63,693 bases of DNA, taken from positions 1 to 63,693 of the IMG/VR virus record IMGVR_UViG_3300018954_000002; one strand, 5' to 3'. The translations under genes and the position numbers were made by a program. The notes below the pieces were generated by a model, which did not search any database, had not been told where the DNA came from, and saw only the letters and a program-made list of their open reading frames with translations. Origin of the DNA: a virus. Below, one piece after another: positions 42,552 to 50,788 of the stretch (position 1 is its first letter; the number at the start of each line of letters is the position of its first letter).

Positions 42552-44123
42552 TCACCCCAGACTCGATCCGATGGAGTACGAGCCGCCAAGCCACTCGACC
42601 TCCTCGCCCGCCGCACGGGCCAGCGTCACCGCGTACGTCGGCGAGGCGTCGCCGCCCTCGCCCGCGCGCTGCCACCGCCACTCGTCGCCGAACGTGTACT
42701 TCGCCAGCCCCGCGATGGAGTCGTTAAGTTCCGGCTGGTCGATGTGCCTGATCCTACGGTCCGGGCGATCAGATTCGGTCGTCCCGACCTCGCCCGTCTC
42801 CAAGAAGAACTGCCGACACGCCTTCGACACGTCGGGGCCCTGCATCACCACGAGTTCGGTGTCGACGTTCGCCTCGGCCAGCGCCCGGCGTAGCGGGGTG
42901 ATGATCGGGGCCGCCGGGCCGTGCGCCGCGATGCCGATCGAGCACGGGCCCATGCGCTCCGCGACGTCCACCAGGGCGGGCACCGTCCACGACAGGCCCG
43001 GCTCGCGGGCGACCAACTCGACGTAGGTGTCGCCGTTGACGTCGAGCGCCGCCATGCCGATCGAGGCCACCGACTGATCCGGCGCCGCGTCCACGCCGAA
43101 CGCGATCGGGTCCAGGTAGCGGCCCGACACGTTGGGCACCCGCAGGCCGCGCCACGTCGCCTCGGTGATCACGCCCCACTTCGCCACGCGCGCGTCCGGC
43201 TCCCACCCGAGGTACTCGGCGCAGAAGTCGATCAGGTCCATCGCCTCGAAGTCGGAGCGGATCGCCGCCTCGTCGACCGTGTGGCCGAGCGCTGGCATGC
43301 ACGACCACCACGTGTCCGGGTCCGCCGGGTCCATGTCCGGGTCCGCCGACCACTCGAAGTACGCCACCCGCGAGCGCACCCCGGCCTGCACCCGGTGCCG
43401 GCCGTTCTGCCGCTTGGTGTGCAGGTACGGCCACGTCCCGGGCATCTTGCGGGACAGCCCCGGGATCATCGACGCAATCCAGAGCTGGCGCCACTTGCGG
43501 GTCAGCATGGCAGGGCGCAGACCCAGTTCGGTCCGCATGTCCTCCTTCGCCCACGCCTCGTCGATCACGGCCAGGTCGATCGTGTCACCGGTACCGCCGG
43601 TCTTCGCCGTGGTGCTGCCCGGCCCCCACGTCGACCGGTTCGGCCATTTGATCTGCTCGAAGTTGGTCCGCAGCCGCACGTCGATCTGCGGGGCGAACGC
43701 CGACTCCTTGAGCCGCTCGACGTGGATGTCGCGCCACTTCTGTTTCGCGTTGTCGGCGGTCTGCGCGGTGTAGAGGACCCGCTGCGGGCCGGGGTCGACG
43801 ACCGGGCGGCCGAGTTCCTCGCGTACCCACTGCGCCAGCTTCGCGTTGATCGCCGTGCACCGGTGGGTCATCAGGGGGAACATAAACTCCGTCTTGCCCT
43901 GCTGCCGGTTGATGATGAGCACGGCCTCGTCGTACGCGAAGTACCCCGTGTCCGGGTCGATCTCCAGCGCGACGTCGGCGATCAGGTGTTGGTGCGGAAG
44001 GAACGGCTTGCCGAGCTTCGCGGCGACCTTCGCCAGCCCGGGGCCGAGCGTCGGCCGATCCGGGGTCCGCGGCGTGGCGAACCGGGGCGGGCAGCGCAGG
44101 TCGGCCGCGGTCAGGGTGGTCAT
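42552..44123 (-). CDS. Terminase large subunit
   Basis: 523 aa from the ATG at 44123. ...LIINRQQGKTEF...DLAVIDEAW... ATPase motifs. Confidence 0.85.
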   Translation of the reverse strand: MTTLTAADLRCPPRFATPRTPDRPTLGPGLAKVAAKLGKPFLPHQHLIADVALEIDPDTGYFAYDEAVLIINRQQGKTEFMFPLMTHRCTAINAKLAQWVREELGRPVVDPGPQRVLYTAQTADNAKQKWRDIHVERLKESAFAPQIDVRLRTNFEQIKWPNRSTWGPGSTTAKTGGTGDTIDLAVIDEAWAKEDMRTELGLRPAMLTRKWRQLWIASMIPGLSRKMPGTWPYLHTKRQNGRHRVQAGVRSRVAYFEWSADPDMDPADPDTWWSCMPALGHTVDEAAIRSDFEAMDLIDFCAEYLGWEPDARVAKWGVITEATWRGLRVPNVSGRYLDPIAFGVDAAPDQSVASIGMAALDVNGDTYVELVAREPGLSWTVPALVDVAERMGPCSIGIAAHGPAAPIITPLRRALAEANVDTELVVMQGPDVSKACRQFFLETGEVGTTESDRPDRRIRHIDQPELNDSIAGLAKYTFGDEWRWQRAGEGGDASPTYAVTLARAAGEEVEWLGGSYSIGSSLG

Positions 44124-44329
44124 CGGCGATACCGGCGGCGGTAGTCCGCCCACAGGGCGGCGGCGAGAGCGCATAGAGCCGCCGCGGCGACGCATGACAC
44201 GACCGCCCCCCGCATCTCGTCCGGCTCGGGCATGCCGTCCGTTGCGACCACGAAGACGATCAGGGTCAGGCAGAACAGGGCGGGCACGGTGACAATCCAG
44301 GCGAGCGTGCGCGCGTCCCTGGCCTCCAC
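44120..44329 (-). CDS. Small membrane protein, 2 TM helices (69 aa)
   Basis: GTG at 44329. Confidence 0.45.
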   Translation of the reverse strand: MEARDARTLAWIVTVPALFCLTLIVFVVATDGMPEPDEMRGAVVSCVAAAALCALAAALWADYRRRYRR

Positions 44330-44330
44330 G

Positions 44331-44618
44331 TCAGCCTCCGACGGTGGGCGTCGAGACGTCGTCCTCGAACTCGCCCCACCCCGGACTCTCATCGCCACCC
44401 TTGCGTGTCAGCTTCTCCATGACCTTGGTCAGCTCAGCCGCCAGCTTCGCTGTGACTGATGGTCCGTCATCGGACCCCCGTTTGTCGATCACAGCGGCCA
44501 GCCAGAGCGCCAGCGCCTTGTACGTGCGGGCCCCGGGCACCTTCGCCATGTCGATGTCGGCGAGGTCCGCCTGCACGGCGAGCAGGACCGGGCCAGGCTT
44601 CTCCTCAGGCTCGCTCAT
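44331..44618 (-). CDS. Putative terminase small subunit
   Basis: 95 aa, helical, just upstream of TerL. Confidence 0.45.
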   Translation of the reverse strand: MSEPEEKPGPVLLAVQADLADIDMAKVPGARTYKALALWLAAVIDKRGSDDGPSVTAKLAAELTKVMEKLTRKGGDESPGWGEFEDDVSTPTVGG

Positions 44619-44827
44619 ACCGTGTCGCCCCGCAGCGTCGCGGCGGCGTAGTCGAGTAGGTCGGCGGCGTCGGCCCGGGTCAGCCCGTCGGTGAGCGCCA
44701 CCTCCGTGCGCGCGTGCTGGCCGTCGAATGCCGGAGCCAGCGAGACAAGCACCGCCGGGCGGTCCTCGGCCAGCGCGAGCGCGACGTCATCGCGGAACGT
44801 GGGGTCGGCCGGCACCTGCGGGTCCAT
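44615..44827 (-). CDS. Hypothetical protein (70 aa)
   Basis: ATG at 44827 overlaps the upstream stop. Confidence 0.5.
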   Translation of the reverse strand: MDPQVPADPTFRDDVALALAEDRPAVLVSLAPAFDGQHARTEVALTDGLTRADAADLLDYAAATLRGDTV

Positions 44828-45696
44828 CACAACCCCTTCGCGTCGAGCCACGCCCGGATCGCGCGCCGCTTCGGGCGCGACGCGACGGCATCCCGGCGGG
44901 CCCACGGGCCCACGGCGGCGGCGAGCGCGAGGTCGGCGGCATCGGACGGTGACATGTCCGGGTCGACCGGCTCAGGCGCGGGAGCGTCCGACGCGACGAA
45001 GAACGTGACGTCGCCCTGCCTGTCGAGCAGATCGCCGTACTCCTCGGCGGGGATCGCGAACCGACCGTCCTCGCCGAACCCCTCGCCCCACGAATTGGCG
45101 AACCACACCAGACCCCGCTCTGCGTCGTAGCCGTCGCACACGTACTCATGCCCGCCTGCGTCCCGACCGGTCGGGTGTACGATGCCCTCGGCGTCCGGCT
45201 CGAACATGTCTTCGGTCCACCACGTGCCGGTGATGAAGGGGCGCTCCATCAGTGCCTGCAGCGCCGTGTCGAGGGTGAAGGCCCACTCGTACCCGGCGAT
45301 CAGGCCGTTGGCGTGCAGCACCTTCGCCACGCTCAGCCCGTCGCTGCCGGTGTCCTCCGGCGGGTACGACCCGGGAAACGGGTCGATCATCGTGGCGTGC
45401 GCGTAGACGTTGACGGCGCCCGACTGGTCGAGCGGGATCAGTTCGAGCTCGTGGGCGTCCAGCGTCGTGTGAAACGGGTCGGTGGCCATGCACCCGACCG
45501 CGGCGTTGCCGGTGCATGAACCGAGGTTGCCCTGATCGAAGATCGGGACGTGGCGGGTGTGGCGGACCGACCGCAGCTTGACGTCGGCCGTGCGGACCGG
45601 GAAGCGGCGCGAGCGCGGGTCGTGGTTGACGTGCCGGCCGAGGCGGGGATCTGCCGGGCGGACCGTCTGCGCGACGCGGTAAGTGCCGGAAGCCAT
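44827..45696 (-). CDS. Papain-like (C1 family) cysteine peptidase
   Basis: DQGNLGSCTGNA (catalytic Cys), GGHEY (His), NSWGEGFG (Asn-Ser-Trp). GGGAGG RBS. Confidence 0.75.
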   Translation of the reverse strand: MASGTYRVAQTVRPADPRLGRHVNHDPRSRRFPVRTADVKLRSVRHTRHVPIFDQGNLGSCTGNAAVGCMATDPFHTTLDAHELELIPLDQSGAVNVYAHATMIDPFPGSYPPEDTGSDGLSVAKVLHANGLIAGYEWAFTLDTALQALMERPFITGTWWTEDMFEPDAEGIVHPTGRDAGGHEYVCDGYDAERGLVWFANSWGEGFGEDGRFAIPAEEYGDLLDRQGDVTFFVASDAPAPEPVDPDMSPSDAADLALAAAVGPWARRDAVASRPKRRAIRAWLDAKGL

Positions 45697-45753
45697 CAGG
45701 CCGCCTCCCTGAGATGATGGACCGGAACGCTCCCCGGCCCGCTAGGAGACATC

Positions 45754-46305
45754 ATGCCCGACCCTGACCCGAATCGGACCGACGACGAGAACGCCCGCAT
45801 CGCCCGCATGATCGACGCAGGGGTGCCCGTCGACCGGATCAAGCCACTCGCGGACGGCACTTACGCCTACGTGGCACCGTGTCGTGCCGAGTCGGCCTCT
45901 GCGCTTGAGCCCGGCACGCTGCCGTACGAGTACGAGTCGACCGACGCGCACCTGGCGCAGATCGGGGCATTGCCCACCCTGCGTCACGCCGTCGAATCAC
46001 GATTCCCGGAGCGATATGCCGCCGCGCTCGGAGACCCGACGATCCGCTACCGCACCACGTTCCTGATCGGGGACGGCGCTCAGCCGCCGTACGTGTCGGG
46101 CGAGGTCGCCTCGCAGTTGCTGACCGCCCACAACCCGATCGAGAGCGACACACTGGCCGAAGGTCTCGCCCTGATGCCGGACCACATCGGCCGCGTCCTG
46201 GTCGAAGAACGCCAGTACGACGACGTGCACCACGCGGACCGCGGCGACCGGTGGCGCGCGGTGCGGACGTGGACCCGCACGGACGACGGTTGGGGGCACT
46301 CGTGA
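45754..46305 (+). CDS. Hypothetical protein (183 aa)
   Basis: AGGAGA RBS. Divergent from the late block. Confidence 0.6.
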   Translation: MPDPDPNRTDDENARIARMIDAGVPVDRIKPLADGTYAYVAPCRAESASALEPGTLPYEYESTDAHLAQIGALPTLRHAVESRFPERYAAALGDPTIRYRTTFLIGDGAQPPYVSGEVASQLLTAHNPIESDTLAEGLALMPDHIGRVLVEERQYDDVHHADRGDRWRAVRTWTRTDDGWGHS

Positions 46306-46373
46306 CGTGCGAAGCAACGCGAACCGCCCTGCGCCCGATGGGGTGGACGTGCGCGGGAGAGTAGCTGTCTGTC

Positions 46374-46607
46374 GTGCTGGAGGGGCCCGGCGGGCTGCCG
46401 GTCGTCTGCCCGACCGAACGACTGATGGACCTCGGCTTGGCCGAGTGGCAGATCATGGCACGGAGCGGCGGACCGCGGCCGTTCGCAGGGGGCGACCACT
46501 ACCACGTCACCCTCCCGCCGCTGCCGCACCCGCTGTACGTCTGGTTGAGCATCCTCGCAACACGAGCCAACCGACGGGGTGGCACTCTTGACACACTCGG
46601 GCGGTAA
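46374..46607 (+). CDS. Hypothetical protein (77 aa)
   Basis: GTG start. In the same frame as a 20-codon ORF (46302-46364), separated from it only by a TAG and three further codons. Confidence 0.4.
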   Translation: MLEGPGGLPVVCPTERLMDLGLAEWQIMARSGGPRPFAGGDHYHVTLPPLPHPLYVWLSILATRANRRGGTLDTLGR

Positions 46608-46617
46608 GATGCCGCAC

Positions 46618-47016
46618 ATGAAGACTCGACTCGCTGCCGTCGTCTCCGCCGCGTTCATCGCCGCCGGGATGACCCTCGCCGCCACACCGCCCGCCCACGC
46701 GCAGGCCAACTGCGCCCACTCCGAGCCCGTCCTGCGGGTCACCACGTACACCCTGCCCGGGTACTGCGGGTACAAGGGCGAGTGGGCCCTGTCCATCGAC
46801 GGGGGATGCCACAACATGCTCAACGGATGGCGCAACACCACCGACTCGCTGGTCAACTACCACTCGTATCCGGTCCGGATCTACTCCGGGCTCTACTGCA
46901 CCGGGCCGGGCTACACCCTCGGGTCGGGCAACAGCCACCCGCGTCTCGCGAACACGGCCGTCGGGGGCAACGACGCCGAGTCCATGCGGCTCTGTGTGCC
47001 GGGTGGACGCTGCTGA
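46618..47016 (+). CDS. Secreted Cys-rich protein (I36/beta-gamma-crystallin-like)
   Basis: Signal peptide MKTRLAAVVSAAFIAAGMTLAATPPAHAQA. ...VRIYSGLYCTGPGYTLGSG... Confidence 0.6.
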   Translation: MKTRLAAVVSAAFIAAGMTLAATPPAHAQANCAHSEPVLRVTTYTLPGYCGYKGEWALSIDGGCHNMLNGWRNTTDSLVNYHSYPVRIYSGLYCTGPGYTLGSGNSHPRLANTAVGGNDAESMRLCVPGGRC

Positions 47017-47034
47017 AACCCGACGCACAGCGAA

Positions 47035-47062
47035 GGGCCCCACCCCGGCCAGGGTGGGGCCC
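47035..47062 (+). terminator. Hairpin terminator
   Basis: GGGCCCCACCC-loop-GGGTGGGGCCC. Confidence 0.65.
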
Positions 47063-47121
47063 TCGTCGTTCCGGAGACACCGTCCGAGGCTCAGCGTACG
47101 CGACCGTGCGACGATCAGGCC

Positions 47122-47388
47122 ATGCCGCTGAACAACCCGCACCACCGCGCACCCGAGATCGACCGCGACCCGCTGACCGACTCCGGCATCCACCGCACCC
47201 TCGGCACCCGCGTACGCCTGCACGTGGCCGGGGCCGACCCCATCGAGGTCGGGCTACTCGAACTGAGCGGAGTCACGGCGTGGTGGCAGATCAGTATGCG
47301 GGTGCGCGAGCAGATGCCTATCGAGGTCGAAGGGCGCATGTCGTTCGCCGCGGGCGTGGTGCAGTGGGTCGAGCGGATCGAGAGCTGA
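47122..47388 (+). CDS. Hypothetical protein (88 aa)
   Basis: Protein-like ORF. Confidence 0.55.
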   Translation: MPLNNPHHRAPEIDRDPLTDSGIHRTLGTRVRLHVAGADPIEVGLLELSGVTAWWQISMRVREQMPIEVEGRMSFAAGVVQWVERIES

Positions 47389-47394
47389 CATGGT

Positions 47395-47428
47395 GATGGC
47401 CACCCCGGGCGCAACCAGGGTGGCCATC
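47395..47428. terminator. Hairpin between convergent genes
   Basis: GATGGCCACCC-12 nt-GGGTGGCCATC. Confidence 0.6.
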
Positions 47429-47517
47429 GAGGGCCCTAGCAAGACCAACCACTCCGCCGCTGCGCGAGGATTGCAGCCCTCCGCCTGCGGCCATGTCAGC
47501 CTAGCACCGCGGCCCGG

Positions 47518-47985
47518 TCAGGGCGCGTAGACGCTGTTCGTCTGGTCGTTCATGTACGCCGAGAAGTCACCCCAGATGCCCGGCCTCGGGACCGTCGTGC
47601 CCTTGCCGGTGCAGCCCCAGCCGTCGAAGAACGTGATGTAGTCGTTCGTCCCGGCGGTGGTCCCGCGGTGGTAGTAGGACGTCGCCCGGTTCGCGAACGT
47701 CGAGCCATCGTCGGCGGGGTGGTCGGCGTTGAGGTCCATGCACCTGATGCCCGCGCCGTCGCTGTGCTGGTAGATCGTGGCGTGGAGCCGCTGCCACCGC
47801 ACCCCCGTACCGCCGGAGAACTGGTACAGGCAGACGGCGCCGCTGTCGCACGCCCACGCCAGGCTCGACGCCTCGTAGCGCACCCACCCGCCCGACGCCT
47901 GCGCCTGGACCGGTATGGCCAGCGTGACGACGGAGAGCAGGGCGGCGAGGGCCGAGGCGAGAGCGGCGCGGATGCGAGGGGTCAT
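47518..47985 (-). CDS. Secreted protein, peptidase-inhibitor I36 / beta-gamma-crystallin-like
   Basis: Signal peptide MTPRIRAALASALAALLSVVTLAIPVQAQA. ACDSGAVCLYQFSGGTG ... ITFFDGWGCTGKG. Confidence 0.6.
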   Translation of the reverse strand: MTPRIRAALASALAALLSVVTLAIPVQAQASGGWVRYEASSLAWACDSGAVCLYQFSGGTGVRWQRLHATIYQHSDGAGIRCMDLNADHPADDGSTFANRATSYYHRGTTAGTNDYITFFDGWGCTGKGTTVPRPGIWGDFSAYMNDQTNSVYAP

Positions 47986-48017
47986 GCGATCAGGGTAGGG
48001 CATGGGAGGGTGGACGG

Positions 48018-48146
48018 ATGGGCCAAGTCAAACGGGTGATGCGAGTCGTCGGCATCGTGCTACTCGCGGCGTGGATCGGTGCGTCCTTCCTGTTCGGTGT
48101 GCTCGTGCTGCATCCCGAGTACGTGCGTGGGTTCGAGGCGTGGTGA
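48018..48146 (+). CDS. Small hydrophobic peptide (42 aa)
   Basis: Not in the ORF track. GGGAGG lies 8 nt upstream. MGQVKRVMRVVGIVLLAAWIGASFLFGVLVLHPEYVRGFEAW. GC3 is about 80%. Confidence 0.4.
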   Translation: MGQVKRVMRVVGIVLLAAWIGASFLFGVLVLHPEYVRGFEAW

Positions 48147-48375
48147 GTGGGGCGTGTGCGCATGCATGACCATGCGGTGTGGTGCGTGAGGCTCGGACGT
48201 ACGTGACGCTGCGTGATGTGGGCTTGAGAGGGTCGAGAGTCACGAGAGTTGCGATGGTTGAGCGTTGAAGTGATCGCGTTACGTTTACGCAGGTCAGAGC
48301 GTTGTGGCTCGCGATTTTTTTAGACAGCACGAGGCCGAAAGCGCGCCGCGCATCCCGCAATTTTTCCTCCCGCCC

Positions 48376-48409
48376 AAAAAAACACCCTGAGTGATACCCA
48401 CCCAGGGTG
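48376..48409 (-). terminator. Canonical intrinsic terminator
   Basis: On the minus strand: CACCCTGGGTG-GGTAT-CACTCAGGGTG, followed by TTTTTTT. Confidence 0.8.
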
Positions 48410-48447
48410 CCCGTGCATAAGTGTCAAGAGTTATGCGGTATGGCGCG

Positions 48448-49035
48448 TCACCCGCGACACGACGGCGGGTCCGGCCGATCCTTCTTGCCTGGCTTCTTCG
48501 CCTGACCGGGCGGCACCTTCCCCGAGTTGCCCGCCGTGCCGTCGCCGCGAGGCGGGACCGGGCGCGGTTTCTCCGGCTCGACGGACGGCGCCTGCGGCTC
48601 AGGTGCGCCGGGGCGGGGCTTCTCGGCCTGTGCGGGGCGCTGCGCGGGCGGTTTCGGGCGCTGGGGCGCTGACTCGGCCTGCCGCGGGCCCTGCTGGCGA
48701 GGCTCGGGGCCCTCCGCGCGTTCGGGGCGGGCACCAGGCGCACCGACGAGCAGCAGACGCGGGCCGGCTCCGGTGCGGACGCTTGGCGTGGTCGGCGCGC
48801 CGGCCGGCGCGGCGGGGTCGGAGTCCGGGGCCGTGACGATCGGCTGTACGAACTTCGGGGCGGGTCCGGCGAGGATGTCGTCGGGTGGCACCATGCCGAG
48901 GGGCAGCAGGAGCGTCACGCCCGCGGCGCCGAGCAGCGCCCGGCGCCCGAGGTGGTCGGTCAGGCCCGGACGGCGGTGGCTGCCGGCCTTGCGCCCGCTG
49001 CGGCGGTGCTTCGCGTGCATGATGGGGTCGCGCAT
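48448..49035 (-). CDS. Pro-rich protein with an N-terminal RR/TM segment (195 aa)
   Basis: GRRALLGAAGVTLLLPLGM, then a long Pro/Ala/Gln/Lys-rich tail. Confidence 0.5.
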   Translation of the reverse strand: MRDPIMHAKHRRSGRKAGSHRRPGLTDHLGRRALLGAAGVTLLLPLGMVPPDDILAGPAPKFVQPIVTAPDSDPAAPAGAPTTPSVRTGAGPRLLLVGAPGARPERAEGPEPRQQGPRQAESAPQRPKPPAQRPAQAEKPRPGAPEPQAPSVEPEKPRPVPPRGDGTAGNSGKVPPGQAKKPGKKDRPDPPSCRG

Positions 49036-49051
49036 GCGATCACGGTACCGC

Positions 49052-49243
49052 TCACCAGTCCCGACGTCCTGCGTCGACCCAGCTGGCGGACAGGATGACG
49101 GTCAGCGCGGGGACCGCGGCGAGCAGCAGGAAGCGGAACTCCCCGTACGACACCATGCCCGGCGTGTGCTCGAACCACAGTACGTACGCCAGTGCGAGAT
49201 ACGCCGCGGTGGCTGCGAGTCCGGCGACGGCCGGGCGGGTCAC
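49052..49243 (-). CDS. Small membrane protein (63 aa)
   Basis: GTGA overlap at 49243. Two hydrophobic helices. Confidence 0.5.
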   Translation of the reverse strand: MTRPAVAGLAATAAYLALAYVLWFEHTPGMVSYGEFRFLLLAAVPALTVILSASWVDAGRRDW

Positions 49244-49509
49244 CGGATCGCCCGCAGCCAGTCGTCGTGCCGCTCGACTCTGAGGGTCGCGCGCCGGAAC
49301 GCCGGGGCGTCGACGTACCCCAGGAACGTCGACGGGTAGTCGCGGGCAGCCTCGGCCGTCTTGAACGGGCCGAACACGAACGCCTCGCGCTGCGAGGCGT
49401 GGTCGCAGATCAGGAACCATCGTTCGCGCGGCTTCGTCCGGAACCACCGCCACGGCCATGCCGCGAGGTCACCCACGGGGCACCCACCGGGCAGCAGCTT
49501 CGCGCACAT
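49240..49509 (-). CDS. Hypothetical protein (89 aa)
   Basis: Protein-like ORF. The start is uncertain. Confidence 0.5.
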   Translation of the reverse strand: MCAKLLPGGCPVGDLAAWPWRWFRTKPRERWFLICDHASQREAFVFGPFKTAEAARDYPSTFLGYVDAPAFRRATLRVERHDDWLRAIR

Positions 49510-49720
49510 CGGTTGGCACTCCGGGGTACTCGCCGCTGTAGAACTGCACCGCAGCCGCGAGCAGCCGAAGGTCGGCCTTGGCGAGTTCGCCGACAGGAAG
49601 GGCTCCGACTACCCGCCCGGAGCACCGGACGCCCTGCCAGTCGCCCACATGCGTCCATCCGGTCGGATAGCGGTCCGAGGGGCCGATCGGCCTTCCGCAG
49701 TTGGCGCAGGACTCATCCAC
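49469..49720 (-). CDS. Small zinc-ribbon-like protein (83 aa)
   Basis: MDESCANCGRPIG... Confidence 0.5.
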   Translation of the reverse strand: MDESCANCGRPIGPSDRYPTGWTHVGDWQGVRCSGRVVGALPVGELAKADLRLLAAAVQFYSGEYPGVPTDVREAAARWVPRG

Positions 49721-50177
49721 GGGGGACCTCCGACTCGGGCACGAGGTTCAGCCAGTACGGCAGCTCCAGCCGGCGCAGCGCGACGGAGAACGGCGGCAGG
49801 TCGCCCGCGAGGAGGCGCGTCGGGCCGAGAGCGATATCGACGTCCTCGCGTGGCTGGCCCGAGGTCGACCACAGGTAGGCATGCTTGCGGTACTCGCCGC
49901 GCAGGAACGCCTCGGCGTACTCCTGCCAGCCGTTGCGCGCGACCTGCCGGACGGCAGGACCGTAGTGCTTCGCCTGCTCGAACGGCACGTGCTCAGGACC
50001 CCGATGCTTCTCGATCAGGTCGAGGAAGAAATGCACGTCGCCGTGCGCGTTGGCGCACAGCCACACCATGTTCTCGGCCCGGCTCGTCCCACCGCGGGAC
50101 TGCGGGCGCAGATGGTGATACTCGTGCGCGGTGACGTACTCGTGCCGGTGGACGATGCACTTCGTGAGGCGGGGCAT
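49713..50177 (-). CDS. HNH endonuclease
   Basis: HEYHHLRPQSRGG...ENMVWLCANAHGDVH. Confidence 0.8.
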   Translation of the reverse strand: MPRLTKCIVHRHEYVTAHEYHHLRPQSRGGTSRAENMVWLCANAHGDVHFFLDLIEKHRGPEHVPFEQAKHYGPAVRQVARNGWQEYAEAFLRGEYRKHAYLWSTSGQPREDVDIALGPTRLLAGDLPPFSVALRRLELPYWLNLVPESEVPRG

Positions 50178-50524
50178 CACGCGCCGCCGTCGAGCGTCGC
50201 GGCGATCGTGTCGTCGGTCGTGGTGATGAACCCCGTGCCGGGCACGAACCACACCCGGTCGCCGTCGCCCACCTGCGAGCGCTGCACCTCGACGCCGTCC
50301 TCGAAGTACGCCCACGTGCCGCGGCCCATGTCGGAGTCGAGGCGGATCGGGATGCCAAACACGGCCCTCGTAAGCCGGCCGACGGCCACGGGGTCGGGCT
50401 TGGGCGCTGGATGGGACTGCAGCCAGCGGTAGATGGCCTCGCCACAGCGAAGCTCACGGTGTTTCGGCAGTTCGGGGAGGCTGGCGAGGATCTCGCGGAA
50501 GGACGCGAGCGGGTCAGTGGTCAC
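50177..50524 (-). CDS. Hypothetical protein (115 aa)
   Basis: GTGA overlap at 50524. Confidence 0.55.
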   Translation of the reverse strand: MTTDPLASFREILASLPELPKHRELRCGEAIYRWLQSHPAPKPDPVAVGRLTRAVFGIPIRLDSDMGRGTWAYFEDGVEVQRSQVGDGDRVWFVPGTGFITTTDDTIAATLDGGA

Positions 50525-50748
50525 GGCTGCACGACCACTTCGACCCACGCGGCGGGAACGCGGACCTCTCCCGTCTCCGTGGCGTACGGGTACGGGGTGC
50601 GCAGCGGCGCGGCGAGCATGCGGCCGTCCGGCAGCGACCAGAGCATCATGCCGGCGCCCGCGTCGAACTCGACCGGACGGAAGGGTCGGCGGTTCAGAAT
50701 GCCGAGCATGTCGGTCAACGGTCTTCCGGAGCGGGTTTCGTCGGTCAC
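50521..50748 (-). CDS. Hypothetical protein (75 aa)
   Basis: GGGAGGA RBS before the GTG at 50748. Confidence 0.55.
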   Translation of the reverse strand: MTDETRSGRPLTDMLGILNRRPFRPVEFDAGAGMMLWSLPDGRMLAAPLRTPYPYATETGEVRVPAAWVEVVVQP

Positions 50749-50788
50749 GGCGGGTCCTCCCGGCGATGGGGGCGGTACGTACGACACT

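Noticed and set aside
41296-43026. 576-aa plus-strand ORF antisense to the portal and terminase genes
   Set aside because: Low-complexity Arg/Gly/Pro composition. The minus-strand genes have clear portal and TerL character.
48294-48743. 149-aa minus-strand ORF, and a 19-aa peptide after a GGGAGGA site at about 48340-48360
   Set aside because: The ORF crosses the intrinsic terminator and has Arg-rich junk composition. The micro-peptide has a long SD-to-ATG spacing and low-GC3 codons.
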